Part shown: piece after piece, positions 12,538 through 23,108 of the stretch
How the letters are laid out: every line of letters starts with the position of its first letter
Numbering within the stretch: position 1 is the stretch's first letter
Origin: Squatina squatina
Taxonomy: Eukaryota
Reading direction: 5' to 3'
Length of the DNA: 33,787 bases
Assembly (NCBI GenBank): GCA_031763465.1
Contig: JARFOE010000001.1
Location: 9,707,552 to 9,741,338, forward strand
The notes under the pieces: model-generated
What the model was told of the DNA's origin: nothing
What the model saw: the letters and a program-made list of their open reading frames with translations, nothing else
The model's database searches: none
Translations under genes and position numbers: made by a program

Positions 12538-12985
12538 ATCAGCCTTGGTTTAGTAGTAGTACCCTTGCCTCTGAGTTAGAAGGTCATGGGTTCAAGTCCC
12601 ATTCCAGTATTTTAGCATACAACCCAGGTTGACACTTCAATGCAATACTGAGTGAGTGCTGCATTGTCTGAGGTGGTGTCTTTCGGATGAGACATTAAAT
12701 CGAGGCCATGTCTGCCCTCTCAGGTGGACGTAAAAGATTCCATCGCACTATTCAAAAAAGAGCAGGGATTTCTCCCCATGTCCTGCACAACCCACCAAAA
12801 ATGGATTAACTGGTTATTCATCACATTGCTTTATGTGGGACCCTGCTGTGCGCAAATTAGTTGCTGCATTTTCCAACAAAACAACAGTGACTACACGTCA
12901 AAAGTAATTCATTAGCTGTTAAATGCTTTGGGATGTCCTAAGGACCTGAAAGGTATTACATAAGTGCAAGTTGTTTCTTTTTTTC
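12538..12985 (+). mobile_element. near full-length tRNA-derived SINE, DeuSINE/SacSINE1-type
   Basis: Pol III A-box-like TGGTTTAGTAG and B-box GGTTCAAGTCC, Deu-domain-like core (GTCTTTCGGATGAGACATTAAATCGAGG...CTCTCAGGTGGACGTAAAAGAT), and tail ...ATAAGTGCAAGTTGTTTCTTTTT. Confidence 0.8.
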
Positions 12986-13267
12986 CATTATCAAGCAATT
13001 ATCTTGTGATGACTGAAGAGCAGAAGTCTGAGAGCCAGAGATACAAGTCCTGTACAGACAGGAAAAAAGAGAATTCATACTTTTGTTTTTAAAAATTAAG
13101 TAACTGTTTTGGTTTATGTTTACTATGAAGCTAATTTGAGTTTAATTATAATCCTAATATGAATGTTAACAAATTCATGGAGGTGCATTTACCAGCCATC
13201 ATTCAGTACTTGTGTATATTTTGGTAACATCCACTGCCAGATAACATCATTATATTTTCTAAACTAG

Positions 13268-13365
13268 GAACTGGAAAAAAGTCTTCAGCAGCTTCTTGCA
13301 ACCAAGATAGCTGTGTACATTATGACATTTTTAATAGTGACTGTAGCTTGGGCCTCGCACATCAG
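13268..13365 (+). CDS. TMEM175: TMEM175 internal exon (repeat I helix 2)
   Basis: ctag|GAA...ATC AG|gtaaat, 98 nt. Translates ELEKSLQQLLATKIAVYIMTFLIVTVAWASHI(R), matching recalled human QFDRSVQRLLATRIAVYLMTFLIVTVAWAAHTR. Not in the ORF track. Confidence 0.95.
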
Positions 13366-13661
13366 GTAAATATTGTTTTTACAACTGCGATGCCGTTTAA
13401 CTGTTACCTTACTGTAGAAACAAGTACTGTGCTCAGCAGAGCAAATCATAGATGAGTGCAGGGCCTCTTATTACTGTATGTTATGTGAAGAAATGTTGCA
13501 GCTAATAGATTCAGGCACACCACTGAGTTTTATTTGTATAAATATGGTAGGATAATGCATTCCTACTTTGAAGTATTTCCTATTTACTGTTTTTATTTTT
13601 AAAATATGCATTTCTTATGAATACAGAACTGTAATTTTTAAATACCTCAAATTTTTGATAG

Positions 13662-13713
13662 ATTGTTCCAAGTGATTGTGCGAATAGATGATGTTCTTGC
13701 TCTTCTCAACTTG
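13662..13713 (+). CDS. TMEM175: TMEM175 internal exon (start of repeat I helix 3)
   Basis: atag|A TTG...AAC TTG|gtgagt, 52 nt, phase-compatible with the previous exon. LFQVIVRIDDVLALLNL vs human LFQVVGKTDDTLALLNL. Confidence 0.95.
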
Positions 13714-14579
13714 GTGAGTAAACAATCTTCACTACAATCTGCCTCTAAATATCATACCAACTAAAGTAAGCGCAAATGTTGTTCACTATTGTGAAAGAGT
13801 AGTTCTAACTTGCTGTCATTAGTCAGATACTGCCTTTTTAAATTCCACCTTGAAATTGTTCCTAGTGCTATGGTTGTACTTTTGTTTCTNNNNNNNNNNN
13901 NNNNNNNNNNNNNNNNNNNNNNNNNNNNNNNNNNNNNNNNNNNNNNNNNNNNNNNNNNNNNNNNNNNNNNNNNNNNNNNNNNNNNNNNNGCATGGTGGAA
14001 GTTCTGCATTTTTGCTCGTAGATTGTACTGCACAAAAATTTTATTTTGCACACGTGAACATCTGTGTAACAATACTGCTTTTGTGGTCTCATTCACCAAA
14101 AAGGAGTGTGACTAGCCCTCTTGAAAGCAAAATAAACACTTTATTGTTTCATTTTGAACTTAGCCATTGTGAGAAATGTTGGATGTTATTGATTAAATGC
14201 ATTATAATAAATCTGTGCATCTGTAAAATACATTTTATTAAATTGTAGCCTCTGTGTGAGATTGCCTATGGCGGTTTGGGCTGTAGCCCTATGTTCATCA
14301 GGAACTGTGCAAACTCATTGGCCCTTGTAGCCAACCGAAAGGGGAAAATTTCACCACATCTGTTTGAATTGGATTTGGTAGTTCGCACAGGTGACAGGCC
14401 AGTGTGTTGACTCAGTGCACCACCCAGTTTACCTCTTTTGTCATGCTTATTGTCTGCAGTTTTCTGTTAAACAGTATGTTATGACATACAACCATATTAT
14501 TGATTACAAAATTACAAAACATTTTATTTACATTGGTCAAGAGGATAATTGCATTTGTGCTTAGAACTTTACAGCTTCA

Positions 14580-14900
14580 TGATGGCTCAATAGGTAAATG
14601 CACCATGTTCTGTTGTACTGAGCCGCAAGGAACAAAAAGCTTTGAGGTTTGATCTATAGCTTGTGCTGAACTGTTTGATTTTGAACTTCAGCATGAAAGG
14701 CGTAATACAGTTGTCCTCAATGTCCTTGGATGAGGAAGGGGGGAAAAAGTCAACCACAGTTCCTAGTCCTCATCTCTATTCATCGCTGCTGTAAAATATG
14801 CATGTGTGGACATTGGGCAAAGGTAGACTCATGTTCTACTGTTCTCTCCAGAGGTAAGAGGCCTGCTGAATCCAACTGTCTAGCTCACTCACTAGTGCTG
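14580..14900 (+). mobile_element. old tRNA-derived SINE (second family)
   Basis: TGGCTCAATAGG A-box-like head and a degenerate B box. The body resembles the reverse complement of 33300-33430. Confidence 0.5.
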
Positions 14901-15304
14901 CTGCCATCTATGGAAGTGCACATCTACGAGACACTGAGAAATTGAGAAAGGAGGAAAATCTGTACTTTTGGATGTCATTTTACTAGCACACTTAAGTGAT
15001 AATGGTATGCTCTATAACTGTTAGAGAAGAAACTTCAAAGAGCTAACTTCTCCTTCTAATTCCATAACAGGCTGTAATTGTGATTTATGGATTCCGCCGA
15101 CCTTACTTATTGAATGCCCATATATGTGCATCAGACGATCAGATTTCTTATAAATACCAANNNNNNNNNNNNNNNNNNNNNNNNNNNNNNNNNNNNNNNN
15201 NNNNNNNNNNNNNNNNNNNNNNNNNNNNNNNNNNNNNNNNNNNNNNNNNNNNNNNNNNNNAACTAGGAAATTGAACAGAGACCGATCCCGAAAAGCGCTC
15301 TCAC

Positions 15305-15598
15305 CTTTGACCCACAGATACACCTTGAACATGGCTTCTCCATGCCGGTTTTGAAGTGAGCAAAAGACTGTCACTTCCTCCTCACCATGGTAATCTCTCA
15401 GGGTCAGGGAGCCAATCACCAGTTGCCCATCGTTGACCCTCCATGCCACAAAACCGTTCCGAGTTTGGTTGTCGGTGACGTTGGCGAGGGGTAGGTGCCA
15501 GGTGAGGTCTCCGGGAGGTTTGGATCTGGCTGCGCAGAGCCACTTAATGCCCTCAGCCCTCCAACTGCACTCTGACTCAGGGGCAATATCCAGCTTAT
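15305..15598 (-). CDS. single Ig-superfamily C2-set domain exon, Siglec/MAG/CD22-like (membrane-proximal type); rest of gene not seen
   Basis: Pyrimidine tract + cag|ATAAG...GTC AAA G|gtgaga, 294 nt, phase 1-1 (classic Ig exon). DKLDIAPESECSWRAEGIKWLCAARSKPPGDLTWHLPLANVT...GSLTLR...VFCSLQNRHG has the B-strand Cys, C-strand Trp and F-strand Cys, and resembles recalled MAG domain 5 (LLESHC...CLCVVKSNPEP...LPSRNVT...SILTLR...VICTARNLYG). Confidence 0.85.
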
Positions 15599-15661
15599 CT
15601 GTGGAGGGAAGGACAACAATTAGGCAAAGGGGAAACATCATAAAACTGTAAGATAGAACCT

Positions 15662-15741
15662 GACATTGAAACCCTCATTCATGCCTTTGTTATCTCTAGA
15701 CTTGTTTAATCCAAAGCACTCCTGGCTGCCTCCCTTCTTCC
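15662..15741 (+). mobile_element. L2 LINE ORF2 fragment
   Basis: Translates DIETLIHAFVISRLV*SKALLA-LPSS, matching the L2 motif ETLIHAFVTSRLDYSNALLAGLP, with a stop and a 1-nt deletion. Confidence 0.8.
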
Positions 15742-16146
15742 AATATCCATGAACTTGAGGCCATTCAAATCAGTTGTGTTATAATTTTTCTTGCAAGTCT
15801 CTTTCAGTTTGCAATATGGGCTGCAGCACTTTACAATGGAAATGAAACCCTGCATCGCCATATTCGGTATGGGGGCAAAGAACATGCATTTATGTTTGCC
15901 AAGCTTTCACTTTACCCTTCTGTGGCCTTTGTTACATTTTGTCTGACATATGTGTTAAGTAAGTTTAGCACAGAAATTTTCCATTTGATGCAAATTATTG
16001 TTCCTTTTGCATTTGTTCTTTTACGAATCATTGTCCGAATTGCTCTGGCTAGTCTGACATGGTTATTCAGTCGATTAAAACCAAGAACATCAATATTAAA
16101 AGAGGAAGAAGAATCAGTCATCTCTGTAAGTGAGGCTACATCATAA
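15742..16146 (+). CDS. TMEM175: 3' part of TMEM175 terminal exon (repeat II helices 4-6) to stop; 5' part of the exon is missing and replaced by L2 sequence
   Basis: HELEAIQISCVIIFLASLFQFAIWAAALYNGNETLHRHIRYGGKEHAFMFAKLSLYPSVAF...FHLMQIIVPFAFVLLR matches human DELERVRVSCTIIFLASIFQLAMW...GGREHVLMFAKLALYP...FHLMQIAVPCAFLLLR. TAA at 16144-16146. The start coordinate is approximate (junction). Confidence 0.93.
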   Translation, partial: NIHELEAIQISCVIIFLASLFQFAIWAAALYNGNETLHRHIRYGGKEHAFMFAKLSLYPSVAFVTFCLTYVLSKFSTEIFHLMQIIVPFAFVLLRIIVRIALASLTWLFSRLKPRTSILKEEEESVISVSEATS

Positions 16147-16272
16147 CAGTTTACTTCCAGATTCAATACGTTCATATACATGCATGTTTGAAGTCTGTGC
16201 TCATTTGCCCCATTTCCATTATTACTATTTTTATGTAGCACCTTAACCCATCAAAAGCAACTTTTGGATAGA

Positions 16273-16278
16273 AATAAA
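16273..16278 (+). terminator. candidate TMEM175 polyadenylation signal
   Basis: AATAAA about 125 nt after the TMEM175 stop codon. Confidence 0.35.
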
Positions 16279-18628
16279 GTATGCTATTTTATAATCCTGT
16301 TATGTGCCAACACTGCCCAAAAAGGAAAGTGATTTTTCCTTGGTTGTCAAAATAACTTTACATATTTTATTCCTAATTTTTGTCTCCATGTTCTACATCT
16401 GTCTTCATTTTGGTGTTCTTAAAGGTTGAACAATTTTGTAATATTGTAATTTCAGTTTTACTGTTACAGTAAGGATCTGGTTCAGTATATTTTTCAAAAG
16501 TGATTTCTACATTATGTAAAGTTTCAATTTTGCCTCTTTGCTTTACTTAAAACACTGCTTGATTCTTAATTACATTTTTTCATTGTGTTTTTCTAAAAAC
16601 AAAATGTACATCATATTATCTCTTTACCCAGAGTGTCAAATCGTGTACAGGTCAGTTACTAAGGGAGTTTTGTTGTTTTGCCGATTGTTACATGTTTTTA
16701 CATACTAGACACTCNNNNNNNNNNNNNNNNNNNNNNNNNNNNNNNNNNNNNNNNNNNNNNNNNNNNNNNNNNNNNNNNNNNNNNNNNNNNNNNNNNNNNN
16801 NNNNNNNNNNNNNNTCATGGAAGAGGAAACTCCAGGTCTGAGATTCCCCTCCCTCACTACCCTTCTTCCCCTTCCCACCCCCTGCTAACATGGGGAGCCA
16901 TGTTTGGATTAGGCAGAGGCTCCATACATCTATTAATTCTTATGTTCCAAGCATAACCTACTATAGGAACATAGGTCCATCTAAGTTCTCCTTTTTATTT
17001 CCAATGATTTCAATGGAAATAAACATCAGGAGAGATGTAAAATGGGCTGCTGACTCGCTATCACCTGTTTTATACTATCACACAAAGTCAAGATCTACCC
17101 CCATTGATTGAAAGTCACCTTTTTTCCTCCCAAGCATATTACACTTACCACATGCAATGTCTCAAATTACTCATGTAGCCCAAAATGTTCTTTTCTGAAA
17201 GAGATCTATCTAATTTGTATGTAACTGGATCAATACGAACTGCTTTCACTGTCTCTCTCAGGAGTCTGTTCCATTGATTGACCAGTCACTCACTGAAATA
17301 TTGTTTCCGCAGAAGGCCAAGAACCAGCATTTCTGGGTGCCAGGCCTAATTCTCAGCAATTTCCATGCACTCCTGCCAGACTGACAGCAGGGATACCTTG
17401 AAAGTGCTGCAGATTTTCAGCCTCCAGATTTTTTTCTGTTTCATCTCTTTTCTGTGCAGTTTCAGCAAATCTAAATTGAACCTTTCTCAGTTGCTTGTAA
17501 CTAAATTAGCTACTCCTTATTGCTAGATATTACAACACGAACTACATCCACTCAAGTTGATATCCCTGCTCCATCTGTTATATAGTATCTCCGCTGGTTT
17601 AATACTTCAGCCTTTTTATTTCCCCAATCTCAATAAATGTCTGCTGTTCGTGTCATGTAACAAATACCATGAGTTAGCTGTTTCAATAGATCGGTCTCCA
17701 AGAAGCTGTTTATTTTACTGTGATGTCATTAACACAGATGAGTAATTGCGCTGAAGGTTCACAATATATTATAGTTTATTTTATCCCTAATAGAAAAGGC
17801 ATTTAGACGATGCCGATTAATTACTTTTGATCCCTAAGAAGATTACATCTCCCTCTTTTTGCTTTCAATGTTTATGAATACAAACCATTTGTTACTGATG
17901 GTACAAAATTCATGTAATGTTGACACATTTCCATGCAATATTAAAACAGGGCTCAAAGGACAGTGAGATCATGCAAACAGCACTAGGCAAACAGCTGAGA
18001 CCAGACCAATTTGATAAAATATGCCTGTTTATAATTCTTCCCAAGTAAATTGGTAACTAACAACTGTTTTCAGTGACCAAGCCCCTTATAGTCTTGAACT
18101 GTCTTAAAGATCTGCTAGAACTGTCTCAGAATAACTGGTGCATATTTGCCAACCATCAGCATTTTATCCTGGCACTCAACATTTTGAGGGCTTGGGGTGT
18201 TGTCACTTGCCCACAGAATCGGTTTTGTGCCTCCACATTGGGTTTTCTGTCAATTCATTTATCCTTGACAATACACCTCCCCCAAGCCTTGGCCAATGCT
18301 GACAAAAAATTGAAATTAATTTTGAAGCTTGATAAAGGCTGAAATTATTTGTCTGCATTTTTAGGGATTGACCTTCAAGTGCATATATCCCTTTAGTTTT
18401 TACCTGCTGGCCAGAATATCTGCCTGCCCCATTAGGTTTGCTCCCTGTACAAGGACAAAGTTACATTGGCAGCTATGCATTATTATTCAAATTAGCAGAG
18501 ATTTCAGGACAGTCAGTGTACTGGTCCACTGGTTCAGTTTATACCATCAATGTAGCAGATAAGAACTCAATACTAGAGTTCCAGCCCCCATGTTAACTAT
18601 AAGTTCTATTTCTCTATGATAGGCAAAT

Positions 18629-18922
18629 CAGGGACGGCCAATTCGGCCGTTAACGCCCACACTAAAATAGCGCAAATCGGGCACTAATGGCCTAACGACG
18701 ATTTTTGGCGGTATGTCCTCCACTGGGCAATTCGGGCATCCAGATCCCGGGCGCTGAAGGAGCATTGGACCAGGAGCGCTCAAAACGCGGCAGCAGGCAG
18801 TAGAGGGCGGGCGTGACATCATCATTGAGCATAGCGCCCAAGATGGCTGCCCACCCAACAATTCGGCTGCGTTTCTGGCAGGTAAGTTTAGCGGTGACAG
18901 TGCCCATTTATTGGGGCGCTGT
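18629..18922. mobile_element. GC-rich MITE-like element end
   Basis: Abrupt CpG-rich block starting AGGGACGGCCAATTCGGCCGT (terminal hairpin) and containing AAGATGGC, like copies 1 and 2. Confidence 0.5.
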
Positions 18923-19561
18923 NNNNNNNNNNNNNNNNNNNNNNNNNNNNNNNNNNNNNNNNNNNNNNNNNNNNNNNNNNNNNNNNNNNNNNNNNNNNNN
19001 NNNNNNNNNNNNNNNNNNNNNNACATCCTTCCTGCATCTAGTCTGTCCAGTCTGTCAGAATTTTATAAGTTTATTTACTAGTGCAAGTCTGCGGCCTGAA
19101 GTTGACAAATTGATGAAAGTCTACTTGTGTAATGATTTTGTGACTTGTGACATATCACTTTCTGGGTAATTGTGTTGACTCTGCCTGTTGTAATGGAGCT
19201 GACCCAACGTCAGTGTACCCTTAGTCCCCTTGCTATTCAGGGTTCTGTTTTGTAGCTCCACTGGATGTTGCTTCCAAATAGAGCAGTTTCCTATGTTATA
19301 ATGTCTGTCTGATGCTGAATTGATGTTGATATGAATTCAGCACCAAACTACCAGTGTAATAACAGCAAGTGTTTCTAGTATCAACAGATCAATCATCTTT
19401 CCTTCGCTTCCTACCCTACCCACCCAGATGAAGTTTAAGATTTTCTAATTGAAGGCAAGGATTTTGTGCCTATTTTCTGTGCTGTAAATTGCCTTTTGGA
19501 TCTCTTAGTTGTCTTATGTTCTATTTTGGGCAGTAAACTAATTTTTTATATCTCTTTCTAG

Positions 19562-19659
19562 GTTCTCTATGTTCAAATCAAGTGTTTCCATGAGATAATC
19601 ACTATTGGTTACAGAGTGTATCGTTCTTATGAACTGCCTTGGTTCAGAACCTTGAGCTG
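19562..19659 (+). CDS. CDS1: CDS1 (phosphatidate cytidylyltransferase) internal exon, equivalent to human exon 4
   Basis: ctttctag|GTT...AGC TG|gtgagt, 98 nt. [32 protein letters not shown](W) vs human [33 protein letters not shown]. Assigned to CDS1 rather than CDS2 by tail-to-tail position next to WDFY3. Confidence 0.93.
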
Positions 19660-20699
19660 GTGAGTGTGGGTCAAAACAGATAGTGTTTTTTAATTAAATG
19701 GGGAAGAGCGAGAGAGAGGTGAAAGGGGGCATCATTTTTTAAACATTCTCCAGAAACCATAGGAGAAAGCCTAGCTTGATTGATTCTAAGGAAGCCATGA
19801 ACTTGGCACCTATATGAAGATATCATAACATCATAGATAAGCAATGCTACTAATGGCTTATTTGTGTTCCTTACACCATTGCGCAGTTCATTTTTTTTCT
19901 ACTAAAGAGATTGCGCTCTCTGCTTCTTGTATCACAGTTCTCGTTGAATTGGGATAAATTCTCAGTCTATCCACAGGTTAGATTAGACGGTTAGACTACA
20001 AAGATATGGTAATTTTCACAGTAAGCTTTGTGTTTTGGATAAAGGTTTTGATTGTCTTAATAAATCCATTCATACTTTGATCCAGTGGGAGCGATGCTCT
20101 GTGCAGCAGAGAGGATGGCTGGAACTCACCTTGAGTTCATCTAAAAAAAAAAACTCCAGTTTGCAGCTAAATGGTAAAAGGATTCCTTTTCAGAGAGAGG
20201 AGGCAGGAGATAACGTGAATTGGCTAAGGGTAGNNNNNNNNNNTCCCAGCCCTAGTGTAGAACCTGTATTTCAGATCTTGGGCCATAACAAGCAGCTTTT
20301 GTGGTCTTTGTGCTTATTTCCCCATGAGCTGTGGTCACAGATCTCGGTGGACATGTAAAATGACCTGAGCCTGGACCTTAAACTGAGCGTGCAAGATCGA
20401 ACCAACGTTAGTGGAACCCTTGAACAGTACCCCATTCGCGGATTTGGCTACTCTCCAGTCCTAAAGCATAATTTGCATATCTAACTATTGAATAATTTTG
20501 GCCAGAACCTCTGCTGTCTCCTGTCTGACTTACTTGAACAGCTTAGGGAAAATTTCATTCCAGATGCATAGGTCTTGGGGACTCAGATATTTTTTTTCTG
20601 TTTCACAAGCACTTTTCCAAAGTTTTGTTGGCTAATTCAATCAAATCATTTACAGGATTCTAGCTGAGGTTGACAAATATCTGGCAATAGATTTCAACA

Positions 20700-21075
20700 G
20701 ATTCGCTCTGAGCGGGAGAGAACAGACTTCTACTGTGGGTCTTTCTTGTTCCTAAAAAGACACCGAAAACACTGCCCACTACTAGACAAGAGTATAAAAT
20801 GAGTCCCTCAAACAAGAAAAGTTCAAATTATTTACACCGTCTCAGATCATTCAGGTCGGATGGCAAGAGTTCTGGTTTTCAGCTGAGAACTAAAAGACGC
20901 GTACTTCCATATCCTCGTACAGGAATATCACCAAAGGTTTCTCTGGCACATTTTTAAAAGGGGCAGGTTAGATGCCTTTCCTTAGTACCTTGAGTGTTTA
21001 ACATGTCTGTCTGTGGTTGCAGGTAGTGCATCTCAGCATCGTGTCTTTCTACATCTGAACAACTAGCTCATCAGG
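20700..21075 (+). mobile_element. degenerate DIRS-type (tyrosine recombinase retrotransposon) RT remnant in a CDS1 intron
   Basis: Motifs in order: FY..FLVPKK (about 20742), KFK, ELKDAYFHILV...HQRFL (from 20887), and RVFLHLNN*LI corresponding to YLDDWLI (about 21040). Confidence 0.7.
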
Positions 21076-21632
21076 CTCCTTGGGGTTGATTTCAAATCCC
21101 CAGCCAGGCGGAGGGATGTCGGCGGCGGCGGTGGGGGGAGGTGCAGTTACAATGGAGCAGGGGACTTACCTTCTCTTATCTCCTTTGTCAGCAAACTATA
21201 TCATGAAACCCTCATGTCACCCCTACTGAAAGTGACTTTTGAAGTGGGCTCCATTCTAACCTCTTTTCCTCATCTAGATCTGGCCAAGGAAGAAAAAAGA
21301 CCAGGCCCCTCTACATCTGGTCTTACAATTGCATCAGAGCATAGGCTGTTGCTCACACTTTCCCTCTCAAAAACTAGCNNNNNNNNNNNNNNNNNNNNNN
21401 NNNNNNNNNNNNNNNNNNNNNNNNNNNNNNNNNNNNNNNNNNNNNNNNNNNNNNNNNNNNNNNNNNNNNNNNNNNNNNAATACATGTAGCTTAATTTTTA
21501 CACGCAATGCATGAAATTATAGAAAATTCAAGTTGAAAATATTGCACAACTTAAAATAACCAAACATGATTTTGATTTTTAGATAAAAGCATTTTTATAA
21601 ATTTATTGCCTAATTTAAATTCTTTCTGGTAG

Positions 21633-21772
21633 GTACAGTCGTCTGTGTGTAAATTATTTCTTTTATGGAGAAACAGTTGCTGATTAGTTTGGTGGTCTGG
21701 TGCGACGGGAAGTGCCACTTCAGTTCCTAGGTCGTTATCATCGCTTCATCTCCTTTGCTATGTACCTTGCAG
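21633..21772 (+). CDS. CDS1: CDS1 internal exon (human exon 5 equivalent) with in-frame TAG at 21685-21687
   Basis: gtag|G TAC...GCA G|gtgagt, 140 nt. [45 protein letters not shown] vs human [46 protein letters not shown]. Confidence 0.9.
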
Positions 21773-22322
21773 GTGAGTAAAAGTTCAGTATACATAAAGT
21801 GTTGTAGGTCTTTGAATTGCTTCAAATCTTTTTACTGTAAGCAATAAACCTGAATTTGTTTCTTGTGAAGCAAGACTTGAGTAAACCATTTCCTCCAGTT
21901 GTCACAGTTCATTTATCTTTTGAATAATCCAACATGCTTGCTTTTATCTGTTTCCACTTGCAGCAGTGTGCACAGCAGGCAAAGTATGGATAAGTACACG
22001 GGCATTGTNNNNNNNNNNNNNNNNNNNNNNNNNNNNNNNNNNNNNNNNNNNNNNNNNNNNNNNNNNNNNNNNNNNNNNNNNNNNNNNNNNNNNNNNNNNN
22101 NNNNNNNNTGCAAGTGTACTTCAATAGAGATAAGTAGCTTCCTGAACTAAAATATACCTAGATTGCATAGTGACATAATTTTGACTAGGGTTTTGTTGCC
22201 TTGTGCATGAATCTGCTTAATCAATCTAGTAGGATGTTAATGTTGTGAAATGTGAAAGATTATGTTTTAATCACAAAGGTAATTTTACAAAATAAGTAAT
22301 TTTGGTTTGATTGTATTTACAG

Positions 22323-22405
22323 TTTGGCTGGACTCATGTAACACTACTAATCATTGTTACTCAGTCTCATCTGGTGATCCAAAATTTATTTGAAGGCATG
22401 ATCTG
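22323..22405 (+). CDS. CDS1: CDS1 internal exon (human exon 7 equivalent)
   Basis: ttacag|TTT...ATC TG|gtaag, 83 nt. [27 protein letters not shown](W) vs human [28 protein letters not shown]. Confidence 0.93.
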
Positions 22406-22864
22406 GTAAGTGAATTGTGATCATTCTTCTTGCATTTTTTTTGTTTTCCTAAAGCAAGTGTGCATTAATTTTTATCTTGGTTTCTGTCTTCAACTCCTCC
22501 TCCTTGCTCCGCCCCTCCCCCTTCAAGATAGTACCCTGAATGGATACTGTCCTATGGCAGGACAGCCTCATCCACTTTTATTATGTTTTCCCAACTCTAT
22601 CAGTGTCTCTAATTACTACTTATGGGTTGATCAGTTTCGGAAGCATGGTTTTAGCTATGTAAACGTGGAAATCTGGCACATGGACATTGCTCTCCCACAT
22701 CATACACTCATAAACTAAATTGTACAACCTCCTTGTTTATGGTAGATGTTACTGTATTCAATAGAAAGTGAATGAGAAAAAATGGAGCAAGGAAAGAGAG
22801 TCGAAAGGATAAGAAACAAAAATGCAACACAAGAAGTAAGTTTAAAAAAATATCTGATTAAGAG

Positions 22865-23008
22865 GAAAGAAAGAATTTGCATTTGTGTCGCATCTTTCAT
22901 GATCTCTGGACATCCCAAAGCACTCTATACGCAAGTACCTTTGAAGTGTAGTCATTGTTGTAATGTAGGGAAACGTGGCAGCCAATTTTCACACAGAAAG
23001 ATCCCACA
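22865..23008 (-). mobile_element. 3' part of the same SINE family
   Basis: Reverse complement matches 12830-12985. Confidence 0.75.
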
Positions 23009-23108
23009 NNNNNNNNNNNNNNNNNNNNNNNNNNNNNNNNNNNNNNNNNNNNNNNNNNNNNNNNNNNNNNNNNNNNNNNNNNNNNNNNNNNNNNNNNNNN
23101 NNNNNNNN

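Noticed and set aside
1-13260. Search for GAK exons and the first TMEM175 coding exons (FSD motif helix 1)
   Set aside because: No convincing match was found by eye on either strand. They may be in gaps or outside the window.
13990-14245. 3'-UTR-like AT-rich stretch with two AATAAA motifs inside TMEM175
   Set aside because: There is no associated coding end, and AATAAA is expected by chance at this AT content.
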